From positions 1 through 39,797 of the forward strand of contig LXFE01001513.1 in the NCBI GenBank assembly GCA_001929475.1: DNA of 39,797 bases, given 5' to 3'. Within the stretch, counting starts at the first letter, position 1. Every line of letters begins with the position of its first letter. Shown piece by piece: positions 11,066-24,882 of this stretch. The stretch comes from Neolecta irregularis DAH-3. Lineage: Eukaryota. The notes under the pieces are model-generated. The model saw only the letters and a program-made list of their open reading frames with translations. It did no database searches and had not been told where the DNA came from. The translations under genes were made by a program, and so were the position numbers.

Positions 11066-12075
11066 GTTACTCTGTTTTTCATTTCCTGTAAAACCATTGT
11101 TGAAATCTACTACTAATTTTTGAGCGTCTTCATCATTATCACAACATTCTTCCAAACCTCTATCAGCCCCATTAGAACTCATAATCCTCAGTTCGATTAG
11201 CATTTCACGCAACTTAGACTTGGTGAAAGACGGAACAAATGATTTTTGATCCAAGCATGGAAGCTTGTGCAGTTATTTTCGAGACATGTCACTGTTAGAT
11301 CGAGTCCACTAAAAAGAAATGAAGCGAGATATTGAGAGACCTCGAATATATTACAGTATCATTATTCATCAATGGGTGAATATAAAAACAAGAATGCAAC
11401 TACATTTACTTGCTTAAAGGCATTTCCAATCAGCGGAGGGCGAATGTCGAGTCATTAATTAGCAGCCTAGCCAACCGTCCGACAGAATTGACACGCGTTC
11501 CTGAGATCCTTATCGGCCAGAAATCTTTTAACAAGGTATTAGAAAACATCGCTTTCGCCTAATTCTTCCACAGGACAATCGAGCGGGAGCCGAGCTAGGT
11601 CTGACAAGAATTCTTGTATGTCTCTAATGGCATAGCAGATTTGACAATACAATCTTTTCCGACTGCCCAGCGTAGATATTGTATTCAGCGAGTCTTGAAG
11701 AACAGTTCATTCCTCGACCAAATACCGTCTCAAATCTCTGATAATGGTTTCCAGTCTCTTATTACTCATCTTTCTATCGGCACGGATAAGGAGTTTAGGA
11801 GGATCTCTTTACTAGAAGCTTGCCGTTACACGGATTGGAGTAATGAGATCAGATTCCGAGTTGCAACAGTCGTCCCCCATGAATTATCAATGTTGCAAGA
11901 TAAGCTATAAAGGCTGGGATTTCCAGTATTGACCACGCAATCGAGAAAAATCCTGTATTTCGATTAATCTATGAATCAGGCTTTTAGACATCCCTGCGAT
12001 CCCCCACCAGATCAGCTGACTCAAATGGCGCACTGACAGAGGTCTCACTGGCCGATAACCCTTAGGAACCGCGGC

Positions 12076-12160
12076 AAAACTAGTCATATTTACAAGAGAA
12101 TTGAACTTGAAAGCAAGGAAAACTAGTCATTTTTAAAAGGGAATTGGACTTGAAAGCAAG
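12076..12160. repeat. Tandem duplication, 2 x 42 bp (period 43), 4 mismatches
   Basis: aaaactagtcatatttacaagagaattgaacttgaaagcaag (12076-12117) vs aaaactagtcatttttaaaagggaattggacttgaaagcaag (12119-12160). Confidence 0.9.
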
Positions 12161-13067
12161 AGATAGCAAAATGTCATTAAATGACTGGGAGCGTTTTCGT
12201 TTGATGGGTTCGTGATAGGATTCGTGGATTTTTGTTACACAACTTAGCCAAGCTTCGCTCGATTGATAGTTCCCCATAGAAAAGCATGCTTTTATTTAGC
12301 AGGTTCACAAATATTACCGGAAAGGCAAACTCCTTTTTCACCCACGCTTAAAGGGAAAAATTATTATTGAGAATTACATAGCGTTGATCCGCCAGTCGGA
12401 TGTTGAGTCCGGGTAGATTCGCGGATTTGCAAACACGAATACGTTGTTCTCCTCCCGGATTGAGTTCAGCCGAAGATATAATTGCAATGATCCTTCTCGG
12501 ATATCGCATGGAGCCGTTGCATTTCTTGCTTGCGTAGCCCATTCACGTTCTTGTTCTCTTGAAATGTCTTGTTTCGTCCCTTGTCTTTATATGTTGCCAG
12601 ACAAATCATTATTGACAATCAAAAAAAGACCTTTAACCACATGATCACACACCTTCCATTTCCTCCGTGACTCATCGTTCAAAGCATTGGCTATCAGTAT
12701 TCCAGATACTACGCATAGTCACCACTGCACTTGGAGAGTATTTCATAAATTGGGGCACGAAACTTCACTCCTCATTTGTCGAAACCTCCTGGCCTCCAGG
12801 GTCAATATTTAGTCTTCAATAGTATTTGCCGGAATCGCCTCCCATAAAACCAATATAATCTCACAAAGTTTGCGGAAATCTTTCTCTGACTTCCTTTAAT
12901 GTTTTATCCGTTCCAATCTTTGTTTCGTCTCGCTTCTCGGAACGCGGGACTTTCCGCCCCCTTAATCATCAAGACTCTAAAGAAAAGTGTGGAAGTGAAG
13001 TTCTTGATGGAATGATATTCTCTTCCGACATATTTGATTGACATAGACTGTAGGACAATCCGGAAGT

Positions 13068-13988
13068 ATGACTCGAAAGCATTTTACAAATGCTGATCTA
13101 AGGAACAGTTGCATAATGAGAAGAATCCAAACTGGTCTTGGACACCTCATCATTGGTCAAAGATGCGTTTCAGTATATTTTCTCGCTTTTTCTCCCCTTA
13201 ATACCCAGAATACTATGGATCTCACCTCTGATAATAATCAAATCTCAGGGTCTCGTCCAGAGGAACCCCCATGCTACAAGCTCACAAATTCCCTTCTGGA
13301 ACAAGGTTATGCCATCAACGAACATTCAGGTCTTCCTATAGAAGTCTATACTTGGCCGCCTGTCGTGCAATGGCATTACTATGATGGTTACTTTCGATTA
13401 ATACCGGACGTCCCGTTGTCAGCCTTCGAAGCGATTGCAAGGGGATCAGCGCTTCACCACGCAGAAGTACAACTCCGACCAGAAGATACGTCCCTATTCT
13501 CCTTACAAAAGTATCTTAATATGTCTCTTTTACGACGGATGGGAATACAGCAAGTCAAAGAAGTGATATGGTTCGATTCAAGTTTTAAGATGCTGTCATC
13601 TAGCGAAAGCCCGATGGACTTGATCTGGAAAACGGGCTGGCAAAGTTGTAATAGTTGTGGAGTAGAATTGCGGGTTGTTCTAAATCCAAGCACGTATAAC
13701 TTGTCGGATTCAGTGGAGGGCTAACAGGTATCTAGATTGGCAATACTTCAAAAATAAACGCGAATGGCCTCGGATATCGCCAATATTCCCTGCTGCCTTG
13801 AAATTCGGGCGATGGTTAAAGAAACAATGGACTATTTGTTAGGAGCAGTGGATCTGCTAACGTATCTTTCAAATCACATTGTCCCATTTTCCTATCTTGT
13901 GTTGTTAACACGAGCAAGTATTAGAAATTTATCCCGTATAAATTTTAAATACAAGGCATATCCGCAGATAAATGTTCGTACCACTTAG
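13068..13988 (+). CDS. Hypothetical protein or pseudogene, no recognisable family
   Basis: 218-codon open frame with protein-like composition, flanked by intron-like sequences (e.g. gtataac...gctaacag). I could not build a clean full model. Confidence 0.35.
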
Positions 13989-14172
13989 CCCTAGCACTTT
14001 CAGATGTAGTTTTCAAATTGACCAGTAGGATTTTACTCCATATTTTAAGGGAAGCAACTTGATGTTTGATGCTGGTTTCCAAAGTTTAGAGGACCGCGAT
14101 CTTGCAGGATCTGCTGATCGTCAATTTCTGGAAAAGAGTCAGCCGGGATCGACAGGTAGATGACACGCCCAG

Positions 14173-14370
14173 TGTAAGTGTTGAAGCTCGAGTTCGAATA
14201 AGACCAGGTTTGATTATACTAGCCTAAGTGACTGAACTTCCCCGCAGATATTGACTGAACTTGGCTAGGTAATGAACGATATAATACAAATGCCGCAATA
14301 TTATTGTATGCGCTTAGTTGTACGATAAGACCAAGTGTTATAACTAGCCTAAGTATTCGTACTTCTTACA
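14173..14370. mobile_element. Solo-LTR-like element (TGTAAG...CTTACA termini)
   Basis: 198 bp bounded by 6-bp inverted ends with TG...CA. Its first ~40 bp recur in direct orientation from 15036. No target-site duplication is visible. Confidence 0.45.
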
Positions 14371-14384
14371 AAGGGACATACCCA

Positions 14385-14610
14385 GACTTGCAAACAAGTA
14401 AGCAAGTCCAATTCTGGACTTTGGACTTACTTGCTTGCATATTTCAGGCCTTTGGACTTGCTTGCTTTACTTGCAATTTTACTTGCAAACTTGGATTTGC
14501 TTGATATATTTTTACAGTTTGTCCACCCGCCCGCCCGACCCCGCCGGAGACCCTCTGGCGGGCGGGCAGGTCAATCAATCTCCGGCAGGCGGACGGGCCG
14601 GTCAAAACGT
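14385..14610. mobile_element. Transposon-end/MITE-like cluster of inverted and short tandem repeats
   Basis: ACTTGC/GCAAGT motif array with the inverted pair aagtaagcaagtccaa / ttggacttgcttgctt, followed by a GC-rich foldback cccgcccgcc...ggcgggcggg in AT-rich surroundings. Confidence 0.45.
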
Positions 14611-15980
14611 TTTCTTTTTGACAATTAGGATAGGTGCAATACATTATTCACTAAATAACCAAAATTTCCAGCATAAAATGATTTCTATCTGGCCATTTCT
14701 TTCATTGGTGAAATATGCTGCATATACAAAATTCATGTCGTATCATCCTGAACACTGTGTCACGTGATCCGTGACAAATCTTGCAAGTGTAACTTTGAGC
14801 AAATGGCAATTAATTCACAGTTGAACAACCAACCAACGTATTCAAACGAAACAAACACTATCGGGATCAAAGTTTAAAGGCAAAACTAATGGTCTGCCAG
14901 CAAATTCAATACAAGAAAGTCAAAAGGGGACCTTTGAAGAAACATCAGATGGAAAAGGCTCTGCTTGCTTCCTCTTACTCCCCTACTCACTTCCTCTCAC
15001 TCCCCTGCCCATTATCGCCTGCCCTCCTTGGAAAGTGTAAGTGTTGAAGTTCGAGTACAATAAGATCAGGTTATATTTCCTTAATCTAAGCTTGAAGCTG
15101 TGTAAGCTTAGACCAAGATATGGGTTTAGGGTAGGGTTAGGTAGTCTGTATTTACATTTCTATCTAATGTCCCTTATTTATTTCTCCGCCACTTGTCATA
15201 TTGGTATGGGTATGTCCAGGTAATTCCTCCGATATACCCTTATAGAGAGTAATAGCAAAAGAGAGCTTGTATGCCCAGAGTTGGCTCCTATTTTGGTCTT
15301 CAAAATCTTCCAAATTCAGAGGTGTATTGCATTCCTGCACCTCCCTTGAGCTTGTTGAACATTCTACTAATTGCAAGGATGATTGGGGTGTGGAAACTAA
15401 TGACTGCTGGTCTCTTGGAGGATGTAATATTGTTGATTGGTAAATTTAAGTTTACTATACTTGCTATCGCTATCTTATCGATCGTACTAGCTCTGTCCTG
15501 CCAATTTGTGGTATTGGTTAATGGCCCGTGCGGCACACACATAGCACAACCAATGATTCCAATGTTATCTATATCACTGGATGCAGAAAGACAATAGCTA
15601 TCAGATGGGCTAGGATGGAAGCAGATCACTGAAAGGAGAAGTTATAGGACCATATCTTTACGGCATCCTTACCGGGTATTTGCATCCTTGATGTATTGAT
15701 GCTGTGGCTGAGAAAAATACTCTGAATCACCAATTTTCGTAAGGAAATCCAAGAACCGTGTCTCTCTTATTTTGGCACGAACAACGCTACAATATATCCA
15801 TGGAAGCTTAAAAAACGATGAATCCATTAACTTTTAGTACTAATGACAAATCCTAGAATGCTTCAGAACTGATATCTAGAGAATTTAGAAATCAAAATCA
15901 TGCTTCTTGCAAAGAGAAAAATAGTATACTTCAACATCAAGAAGGCTGGTCTGTCTCCGATCATTTCTGTTGTTATGATG

Positions 15981-18900
15981 TTATTTGTTATTGTTAAATG
16001 GGGAAAGGGCACGTAACCGGCTCGATCGACTGGCAGATTTCATACTGGAAGCATCGGTCGGTTTGAAATTTAGTCGCAAGCGTAGCTTTGCATCCCCGAT
16101 AGTTAAAGTTACGTCTCCTGCGGCGTGTTGTTCGAGTGCGAAAGATGTACTCCCAACTTCCTCGTCAGACTTGAGACTATGGTGTTGATAAACGGAGACA
16201 ATCAAGGTATCCGATCCGAACGCCGTAAAATGGAAATCTTCATTCCTGAAAAAGAAGTCAAAAAAAAAGATGAAGAAGTCTGATACCATTGCGGGTTAGA
16301 CGATTTAACCGACTTGGTTTTATATAATTCCTTTTTGGAATTTCGAATGCGGACTTGAATTTTCTCGTCGGGAAAACCAGATCCTTCGAGAATCGTGATC
16401 TGTGCGATTCCCATATCACCCATGGATCCGTTATGTAACGATGCTCTGGAAGTGATGGAACTCGGGGTTCGTCTGTGGTCAAGACTAGGCGTCTTGGAAG
16501 CTAATCATATCAGAGATAATGCGTATAGAGACAGATACGGGTAAATTCCATACGAGCATCGCCGGGTCCAATTGCAGTCTGGTCTGGCACAGCATTATCG
16601 AGAGGGATGGTCTTTTTATCTTCGGTAATTGCAAAAGTCCCATTAGTGCCGCCCATGATACCACCGCCCGAAGCAACTACATCGACGGCGACATCTTGAT
16701 CTTCCGGAGCGACCTCTCGGAGTTTTGATCCTTTTCGTCCTAACAACTGACCTAGGCCGTGTCCGACTCCGCGCTCAACTCCACCGACAAGCCGGACAGG
16801 TGCACCAGCAACAGTCGACAGAGCACGGACACCGGTGTGTGCAAAAGTCGATGCAAAACCAGAACTTCCTCGGCGCTGTCTCGTCACATATTCGGGTTGG
16901 AATAACAATCTCACTTTGATATCTCCAGATTTTCCATCAAGTATGAGTTTTTGAGTTGAAGCACTCATTGGCTCAAGTTGAGAGAGATCGATGGGAGACG
17001 CGCCGAGAAAGTCATCTTTGTTACCTCGATCCCAATCATATACTTTGACCCAGAACTGAGCAGTCGACCGATTCGGAACAGCAACAGTAAACGTCTCATC
17101 TGTCCAGGTTGGATTAAGAGTCTTTTTAATAATCTAGCTGTTAATATTACTGTTGGCTAGAACTGGAGTAAACCTTTGTCTTGTGTACTTTCTCGTCGTT
17201 CAATTCAAATACACAGTATGGATCTGAAAATCCGGAACGATCGGCAGCAGGTAAATTAGTTCCTGAAAGAACATCGAGGCGGAGATTTCCCATGTTATTG
17301 ACACTTTCTCGGGCATCAATATGAATTTTCACTGGGATATATTTTAGACTGATTTTCACTTTACACAACGACGATCCATCATTTCCGCGAAGTGTAATAT
17401 CTGTAGGATTATTCTACACCGTTGTCATTATTAATTACCAAAAAAAAAAAGGTACCAATGCCTGTTTTAGAATTGTATGAGTGGATCCTTGAATTTTAGC
17501 AATAACGTCGTCGTCAGAATTAGTATCTTTATCCATTAATCTCATTCGAATCAGACTTAAATCTAATTCTCGAACAAATCCGTCTCCTACTTCATCGAAT
17601 TTCGCATGTTTACTTCGTGTTTTAGAACTTGTATATGATGGATTCGGAAGATCGTCAAGGTATATTTGCAAATAACTGTCTTTTTTGACGACCTCAGCTT
17701 CAATTATATTCCAGATGAGGATTCCCGAGTTGTGATTCAATAGTTCTTCAGGGGTCAGATGAACTTTTGGCGGTGAAACTTTTCTCTTTTTCGAGGAGTT
17801 GTTAGATGATGCACTCTCTTGTAACGACTCTAGATGTTCTGATGAGCCATGTGCTGACTCGGTGACTTTGTCGGGTGTTTTGCTCGGTTCGGGGACTTTA
17901 CTCATTTTGCGATGAAGTGAAGCTTCTCCATCAGAAACATCGTAATCAGTCGCAAGATCAAGATCAGTCTCTGTTTCCATTGATGTGTCATTTCCAGTTC
18001 CCATTGGATCGGCGACATTTAAGCAAGGGTAAAAGCTAGCATTGTAAATAAGATGGCCTTTTGCGCTATTGTGATTGCTTCGAGATATCAACGGTTCGGT
18101 TCGTTCGACACGAGCAGAATTCTCGAGATATTCACCATTATTTTCGTCTTGTTTAATAAGATCCGATGCGGAAACTTCTGTGAAGCCAAGTGACCGGTCG
18201 TGAGTTAGATTTTGCCAGTCCATTACTTCGAGTGTATATATTTCCTTCTCAGAATGCAGGGGAACGTACAAAATTTCATCCCAATGTGGGTTTAATTCAC
18301 TTTGGATGACGACAGTTCTAACGTTTAGTGATGATCTTTTGGAAGGAATACTTCGCTCTAACATCATTCAATACCATGATTCGAACGTACGGATCTGACT
18401 TTCCACCAGTTTTAGCCTCAACATTTCGAACGTCTTTTGCAGCTTTGAAATGAAATCTCATAACTCCAATCGGCATACTATAACCTCCTGTCCCATGAAT
18501 TCCACCCGTCATGGCAATAGGTTTCCATTGCGCTGATAACTTAATTTTACCAGAATTACAATTAGCCAAAGCGAACCAATCTCGTCCGTTTTGGTTGGCT
18601 TGCATGAGGGTGTCCAGTTTGATTTGGTAAGAACCGATTTGAGGATCTTTTTGAAGGCCACGGTCGTCTTTTAGCATCACGCCTAATTTACAACTCGGTC
18701 TATTAACCACGAGAAATTCAAAGGATTCTTCCCAGATTGGATTATTGGTCCGTTTCATTTTCTATGTGTTTAATATTTCCGATAGAAGGGCATACTTTTG
18801 AAGTGTGAATTTCTTGTCCATTTAGTAGAAATACGGCAAATGGATCCAAGTGACCTACAAACGATAGCTTGGGATCAAGATCTTTAGCTTGGTGAACTGT

Positions 18901-20827
18901 AAACCGAACGATTCCAGTAACTGTTTCAGGGATAGATTCGCTTGTTCCATCTTGTATTGTTGTTGCCGTCAGGGTCGGATAGTAACTTAGATCAAAAGTC
19001 ACTTGGCCTTTGGCCGTTGCGTTGTACATGATTGGTGCAACGACATTTTCTTGCTCAGCGTCCTGTATTAGGTCAGACAATAATCAAAGACGAGGGGGAT
19101 ACCGCTTCGAGGGACTTTAATTCAAAACTAGCGGTGCCCAGGTGTTTATCTTTTCGAAACTCGTTAAAGTCGAATACTTCTAATGTCAAGCTCTCGTTAA
19201 GACCTGTAATCAACAGATATTTCGTCTCGTTCCACCGAGGACAACTTGTATTTTTGACAACTTTAGTGCGATCAAGTTCACCATGAGTATTGATCGAGAA
19301 CTTGACATAGGGATCGGGATTACCGGCGAGTCCTCGAGCACCATACAAGGTAATCTGCAAAACACCGATAGCAGAGTCGATTGGGGCTCCAGAAAGCATT
19401 TGCTCAACGTTGACAGTGAAGACGTTTGGAGCGTACATCATTGGTCCTAGATTTGCATGGACTTGTTCTTGAATGAACGAACTCAGACCAGGAACATTTC
19501 CGATATCGAAACCAAATTTGTCACCTCCAAGGGGTTTGAGAACGTATTCAAAGGAGGGTCGTTCGAGGAATGAAAGATCTACGAGTTGGATATGTGGAAA
19601 TGCGTACATTAACCGCAATTTAATACGCATGAGACCTGAAAAGGCCATATCTTCGACGAGGACCGGCATTCCTCCAGAGATGAGACCTTTACCCACGCGA
19701 ACTGAGAGTACGACTTTTGGATTTACTTTATTCTTGAGCTGTTTTCCTGTTAGATCTGACAAATCATTTGGGGTGAAACTGAATCGCCAGTCCATGAGGA
19801 CTATTTCGTCGTCCGATTTTGGATATGTTTTGACGTGTTCGATTCGCGGGGGTTTTGTGCCGAGGGTAAAAGTGCTGAGACGCAAGGAATCAAGAAATGC
19901 TGGAGTGGATGTAGCCAGGACTTGATCTACGGATGCTATAATGGTTGCAGAAAGGACTGGTTCATAGATGGCCCAGAATTTAATGAGAAAAGTGTTCATC
20001 CATTCTGCCGACTCGTTGTCAGTTTCAAGTTTTTGTTTTATGAGCTCTCTACTGATGTCGTCGCGGACGTTTCTTCTGAGGGCCTTGATAGAAGTTTGGT
20101 AATACGTGGCTGAAAGTTGACCAGGGGGAACAAGGGGTCGTACCAGCTGTAGCCAGAATAATCAATATCCAAGCAATTCCGCCGTTCAAGCGTCCAATGA
20201 TCCAGCTGCAAAAGCCAACGAAGAAGACGACACCGGCATGTTGCCAGGCCTGTCCAAACCAACTGTCGTCTAGAAAAGATTGGAGGAAATCCCTTGATTC
20301 GCCGACTGCCTCCCAGCCAGCCAGAGTAGTGTCTTTCGAGGACACAGAAGAATCTAGAGTTGGTGATTTTGGGCTCTTTGCGGCATCGATAGCGGCGTTT
20401 GGGTCTACAGGGGGCAGATTTGGAACCACATCCTGGGCGGGTTTGCTCTTGCGAGTCAGTTGACAAATGGCAGGTTGCACGCTGTACCATATCCGTAATC
20501 AGCGCAGCCCCATGGGTTGATGCTACAGCAGGATCAGCCCTGAATATAAAAAGCAGCTACTATACTTTTATTTGTGCAAATGGAAGCAGGCATGTTCTAG
20601 CCCAATTAGTAGCTGCTGAATGCAATTGTCTTGTTCAGACGACGCACCCTTCTTGCAGCGGCCGCTTTATCCGCTGGTGAAGCATCTGGATGGAACTAAT
20701 AGTCAGTCGCAATTAAAAACACAGGCGGGAAAAGGCAAACCTGGTGGGCAACTGCACCCTGTTCGGCATCCTGGAGTGCAATGCGGGATTCTGCAAGACG
20801 CAGATGCTCTTGTTCTTCCGCAGCCAT
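15981..20827 (-). CDS. Tricalbin (extended synaptotagmin; hairpin TM + SMP + multiple C2 domains), multi-exon
   Basis: ESAEWMNTFLIKFWAIYEPVLS...TFTLGTKPPRIEHVKTYP (SMP). C2 motifs NPDPYV, KSDPYVRI, LPAADRSGFSDPYCVFELN. N-terminal FHPDASPADKAAAA. ATG at 20827; the 5' exon structure is approximate. Confidence 0.92.
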
Positions 20828-20876
20828 GGTGGAGCACAGGTTGCAGTCCTCCGATATAGAACGGGTTGTCACGTTC

Positions 20877-20885
20877 GTCACGTGA
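20877..20885. promoter_or_regulatory. GTCACGTGA E-box (Cbf1/bHLH-type site) about 50 nt upstream of the tricalbin start
   Basis: Exact RTCACGTG match in a short intergenic interval; function not shown. Confidence 0.3.
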
Positions 20886-21102
20886 TACGATGAGATCAGT
20901 GGCGCGCGCCACGCTCTTTTTTCTTGTTTGTGTTCGCTACGTCACTGCTCTGCTCCACCCATCCTATCGCATTAAGTATTGATCCGTTAAACGCACTATA
21001 TACGCCCCATAACCATACCAAACAGCATAGCATACATTAAAACATAATTCCGTTTTTTCTGCGTCCCTAGTTCCCAAATATCCCCACCTCCCACATGCAA
21101 AA

Positions 21103-23739
21103 TCAGATTTCGGACGAGTCGAGCGATTCGACCAGCCTGACAAGTTCCTTGGTCTGCTTGGCCGTGTCAAATGCTACACCCGCTAATTTCTGCTTATAGG
21201 CCTTGTCAGCGACTTGATGCCCGTTTTGATCCACATGGGATTTCATGCCCGCCAGTCTTTCAGCGCAACCAGAGAGTTTCTGTACAACGGGGTTGGCAGA
21301 ATTTTTAAAGGTTGGGACTGCGAGCATTGTCTTTTGACTTTGAGCGACTACTGCCGTTACGATATGGACTATCTCGCCAATATGGCGCAGTAGGTGATTG
21401 GTATCTGTTTCGCTCCGGATTTGGGAGAGCAGCTTTTGAATCGACTCGACGATACATGACGTTTGTACTTCTAGAAACGCTTTCAAGTCCAAGAGCTCAG
21501 ACAAAGAAGCTTTGATTCGCGTGTTAGTTCGAGAGATGGGTGATACAGGCGACATCACGACATCTGATTCTGCTCCGTTCCGGCTCCGCGGAGGGTTACT
21601 CGTCCGATTATTTGCATTACCTGGTCCTCGAAGTGGAGTATTACTACTTTGGGGTCGTGAGGTTGGAGAGGTCTTGGCACTAAAGGGACTAGTTCCATTA
21701 GTTAAAGATCCAGTTTCTTCCGCCTCATTAGAATCTGGCGGTGTTTTGAGATCAGTTGGCCTGACCCCGACAATTTTGACTAGTTCAATTACAGTCGATG
21801 TTAAATGGCTCGCAGCGGCATCCAACAACGAAACTGGCGACAATCCATTCGCTGTAGCATGGTTCTTGGCAGCAGTCATCAAGTTGTTTGCTGTAGCACT
21901 CATTCTCGTTCTTAACTTTTGGATCCGTTCAGAATTAGAGGAATCGTCGGGCGACATTTCCTCGAGATTCTTGGTCAACCCCCGTATCGATAGGACGATT
22001 CCTTTCATACAGTCTAAAACCCCAGACGGATTCGGACTACGTGCCGATAGTAAGATTTCGTCTATCGCCATTTGGAATTTGGTCATGTTTATATCGTCTA
22101 TTTTCCCAGTCTCAGAAATGAATGGGGCGTTTTCATGGACAAGCGTCTGACTTAAAGATTGTGTAAGAAAAAGGCTCGTTGCGCGAAGATTCCGCAGTTG
22201 GGTTTTGACTTTGGTGTACTAGACATGAGCCCATTTGTCCCATGAATGAACATGCCCGTGCTTTCCATTCAGTTAGTTCGACTTTGAGTTCTTCGTTAGC
22301 GCGCTCTAGACGTTCTTTTTCCTCCCATGAACCACCTTCCAATTCGGCAAGTTTCCGAACTTCGTCAAGAAGATCAGTTGTTTCCTGCCGGACGTCTTCA
22401 GTGATCCGTTGTTGCTCTTCGAGTTCTTCATGCAATCTTTTGTTCTCTTCTCGTAATATGGCATCGGGCGAGATTGCAGATTTGGAATTCTGTAGCTCTA
22501 ATTGAAGAGAGCGGATGTGCTTGTGATTAGATATATTCTTTATTTGTGACATACAGATCGAGCTTGGTCGAGTTCTTGTTCGATTTCTGGCAAACAGGGG
22601 TCGGTCCCGGGGTTCAGTCGGGCTTCCTAGGAAAATAAACTTGTGGATATTAAAACAAGGCGGATACCTTTAATTTCTGGTTCTCTTCCTGCAACGAACC
22701 CAGTTTTGCACTTGTGGTCCCCAGTTGGTCTTCAAGAGCTCGAATTCTGTTTCGCAATTTAATTGTTTGGTCGCTGTCCCGAGGCGCTTCGCCGTATGAG
22801 GTAGAATCTCCGCTCACTGCTTGTCAAAAAGAAATATGCGAGGCCAAGTACACATACTGGCTCCCCTGTAGCTGGGGCTTTCCCGGATAGAAGAGAGGTC
22901 GCTCCTGCTGCTCATCCTTGGCGGTGGACTGGTCGTCTGGTTGGACCGGCGGCTGTGGTGGTTGGACGAGGCAGCACTGATGTGTGAACGGCCAGTCTGC
23001 GGCCGCGAGGGATCATCACCGCCGTCGTCCTCAACCATGGTAGATTTGTTTGGTATAATTGTATTTGACTGGAAAGAGCGCTTTTCGGGTTCTAGGGGTC
23101 GCTGTGCCTGAGGGGGTGTGAGAATTTGTGGAGGAGGAAAAATGAACCTGAGTGACTTGCGGGAACCTGCGCTGCAGCTCGAAGAATACATCTGCAACGA
23201 GATCCTTGAAGCGCAAAGTAGGCAGAGATGCGAGTTTCTGGCGGGCCTGGTTGCGTTTTGGGTGGTAGTGGTCTCGGGGGAGGAGGAAAGCCGAGTCTTG
23301 GGCAGGATCAGAGAACAAACACAGAATATCAGAGCGGGCATACTGGCAGAAGTGGCAGGAACACCACGACGCAACAGTTCATCGTAGACATCAGTGGAGA
23401 GTTCCGAGAACTGTGCACGGGAAAGACGAGTGAGTTTATCGCGGGCTTTGTTGCTTCGACCTTCGTCTACCAAAATATTATCATCGCCCAATAAATATCG
23501 ACAAGAGTTATACCGGTAAGAGTAATGTTTCCCGGTTGTTCCTGTAGAAACCGCAGCAGCGTCGCATGGTGCACCGGTACTACGGCCCCGTCGTTTCGAG
23601 GTAGCAGACCTACGGCCGAGTTTTCTTCATACGAATCCGCTAGACCGGCGAAAACAGCAGCAGCAGGAGACGCAGGCTGTAATATGGCGCTGCTGGTAGT
23701 GGCAATACTGTCGTGTTGCGAACCTGCACTCCCATTCAT
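21103..23739 (-). CDS. SPA2: Polarisome scaffold Spa2 (GIT/SHD-I repeats, coiled coil, C-terminal GIT1_C-like region)
   Basis: [29 protein letters not shown] and [35 protein letters not shown] (two GIT repeats). [69 protein letters not shown]. Confidence 0.92.
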
Positions 23740-24561
23740 GGCGGAGGTAGAGATCGAGGAGGTCAAAATCAGAATAGGCGAACTTGAGAAGCCACTTTGG
23801 AGGTTAGGTTTTCTTTATTTCGACCTTTCTCCTGAGGCTGTTCCTCGTCCTACTAATACTTCATCGTTTATACCACTCTCAATGGTCTATAGGTATATTT
23901 GATATATTCCTTGTCTATTCACCCCTGTTATATTTACTCTGCTGTCAAACCATTCTATCTCTTCGTTTGTATCTACTCATAGCTATTTAGGCTCCGTTTT
24001 GTAGTCTCCATATCATGAAATTCCGGAACGGGAAATATCATGATTTTTTGCAATATCACAAATTTGGGATATTTTTCTAGCAATATTTCAGCTTACAGGG
24101 GTTCGCAGTACCACCAAAATTTGTAAATTTCCGAAACCACTGCTTTTGCCACCATTCAGCTCACCACAATGACATGAGCAAAATGGGACCTAACTCAGGA
24201 AGAAACTATGTTGAAGGCCTTACTTGATGAGGCAAGGGCTGGAAAATTCCCGAAGTAGGATTGAAAAGGTAAGCTTGGAGAAGGTCCATGATATCTTGAA
24301 CAATGAGCTTGGGTAGCTATATGGTGGAGTAGGTCCCAATAATTCTGGCAATTTGCTGAAGATTTATGACTCAGCATTTCAGTAATCTCTTCTTTGTCAT
24401 TGAAGGGCATTCATTGGTTGGCATCAGGAAAATCATCAGAAAAAGTTACTGTTTATGGTGTACAACACTCCTGTTATTTCGAATTTGTCAAAAACTATTA
24501 TGAGATTTGGGCGAAAATATGGTCGACAAACGCACCCCTGGTGTCGTATTTACTCCATACC

Positions 24562-24708
24562 CATCATATTCATTCGAATCCACTCTAGCTGTTTGGTCAA
24601 TCACATCTCTCCATACTTTCATACTCATTCGTATCTGCTCTAGCTGTTTAATCACCTCATATCTCTGAGTATCCATCATACTTATTCGAATCTGCTCCAT
24701 AGCTTTTT
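24562..24708. repeat. Degenerate ~56-bp tandem repeat (3 copies)
   Basis: A tcatactcattcgwatctgctctagctgttt-like unit has its core at 24571, 24626 and 24683. Confidence 0.6.
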
Positions 24709-24882
24709 ACTAATTTATATCTACTTTCCCACCCGTGTAGTCACTCGTATTTACTTACACCTGTGATATACTCACCATTTCTACTTCACCATCTCTTTAT
24801 TCTCTCGTATCTACTTCACCACGTATACTCACTCGTACACTCCGCCAATCGCTGCTGCTCGCTGTCATCTCTTCTGTACTTT

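Noticed and set aside
15128..15137. AGGGTAGGGT Homol E box
   Set aside because: No ribosomal protein or other clear gene nearby; it lies within a repeat relic.
15271..15629. Overlapping ~108-aa ORFs on both strands
   Set aside because: No recognisable domain or supportable exon structure.
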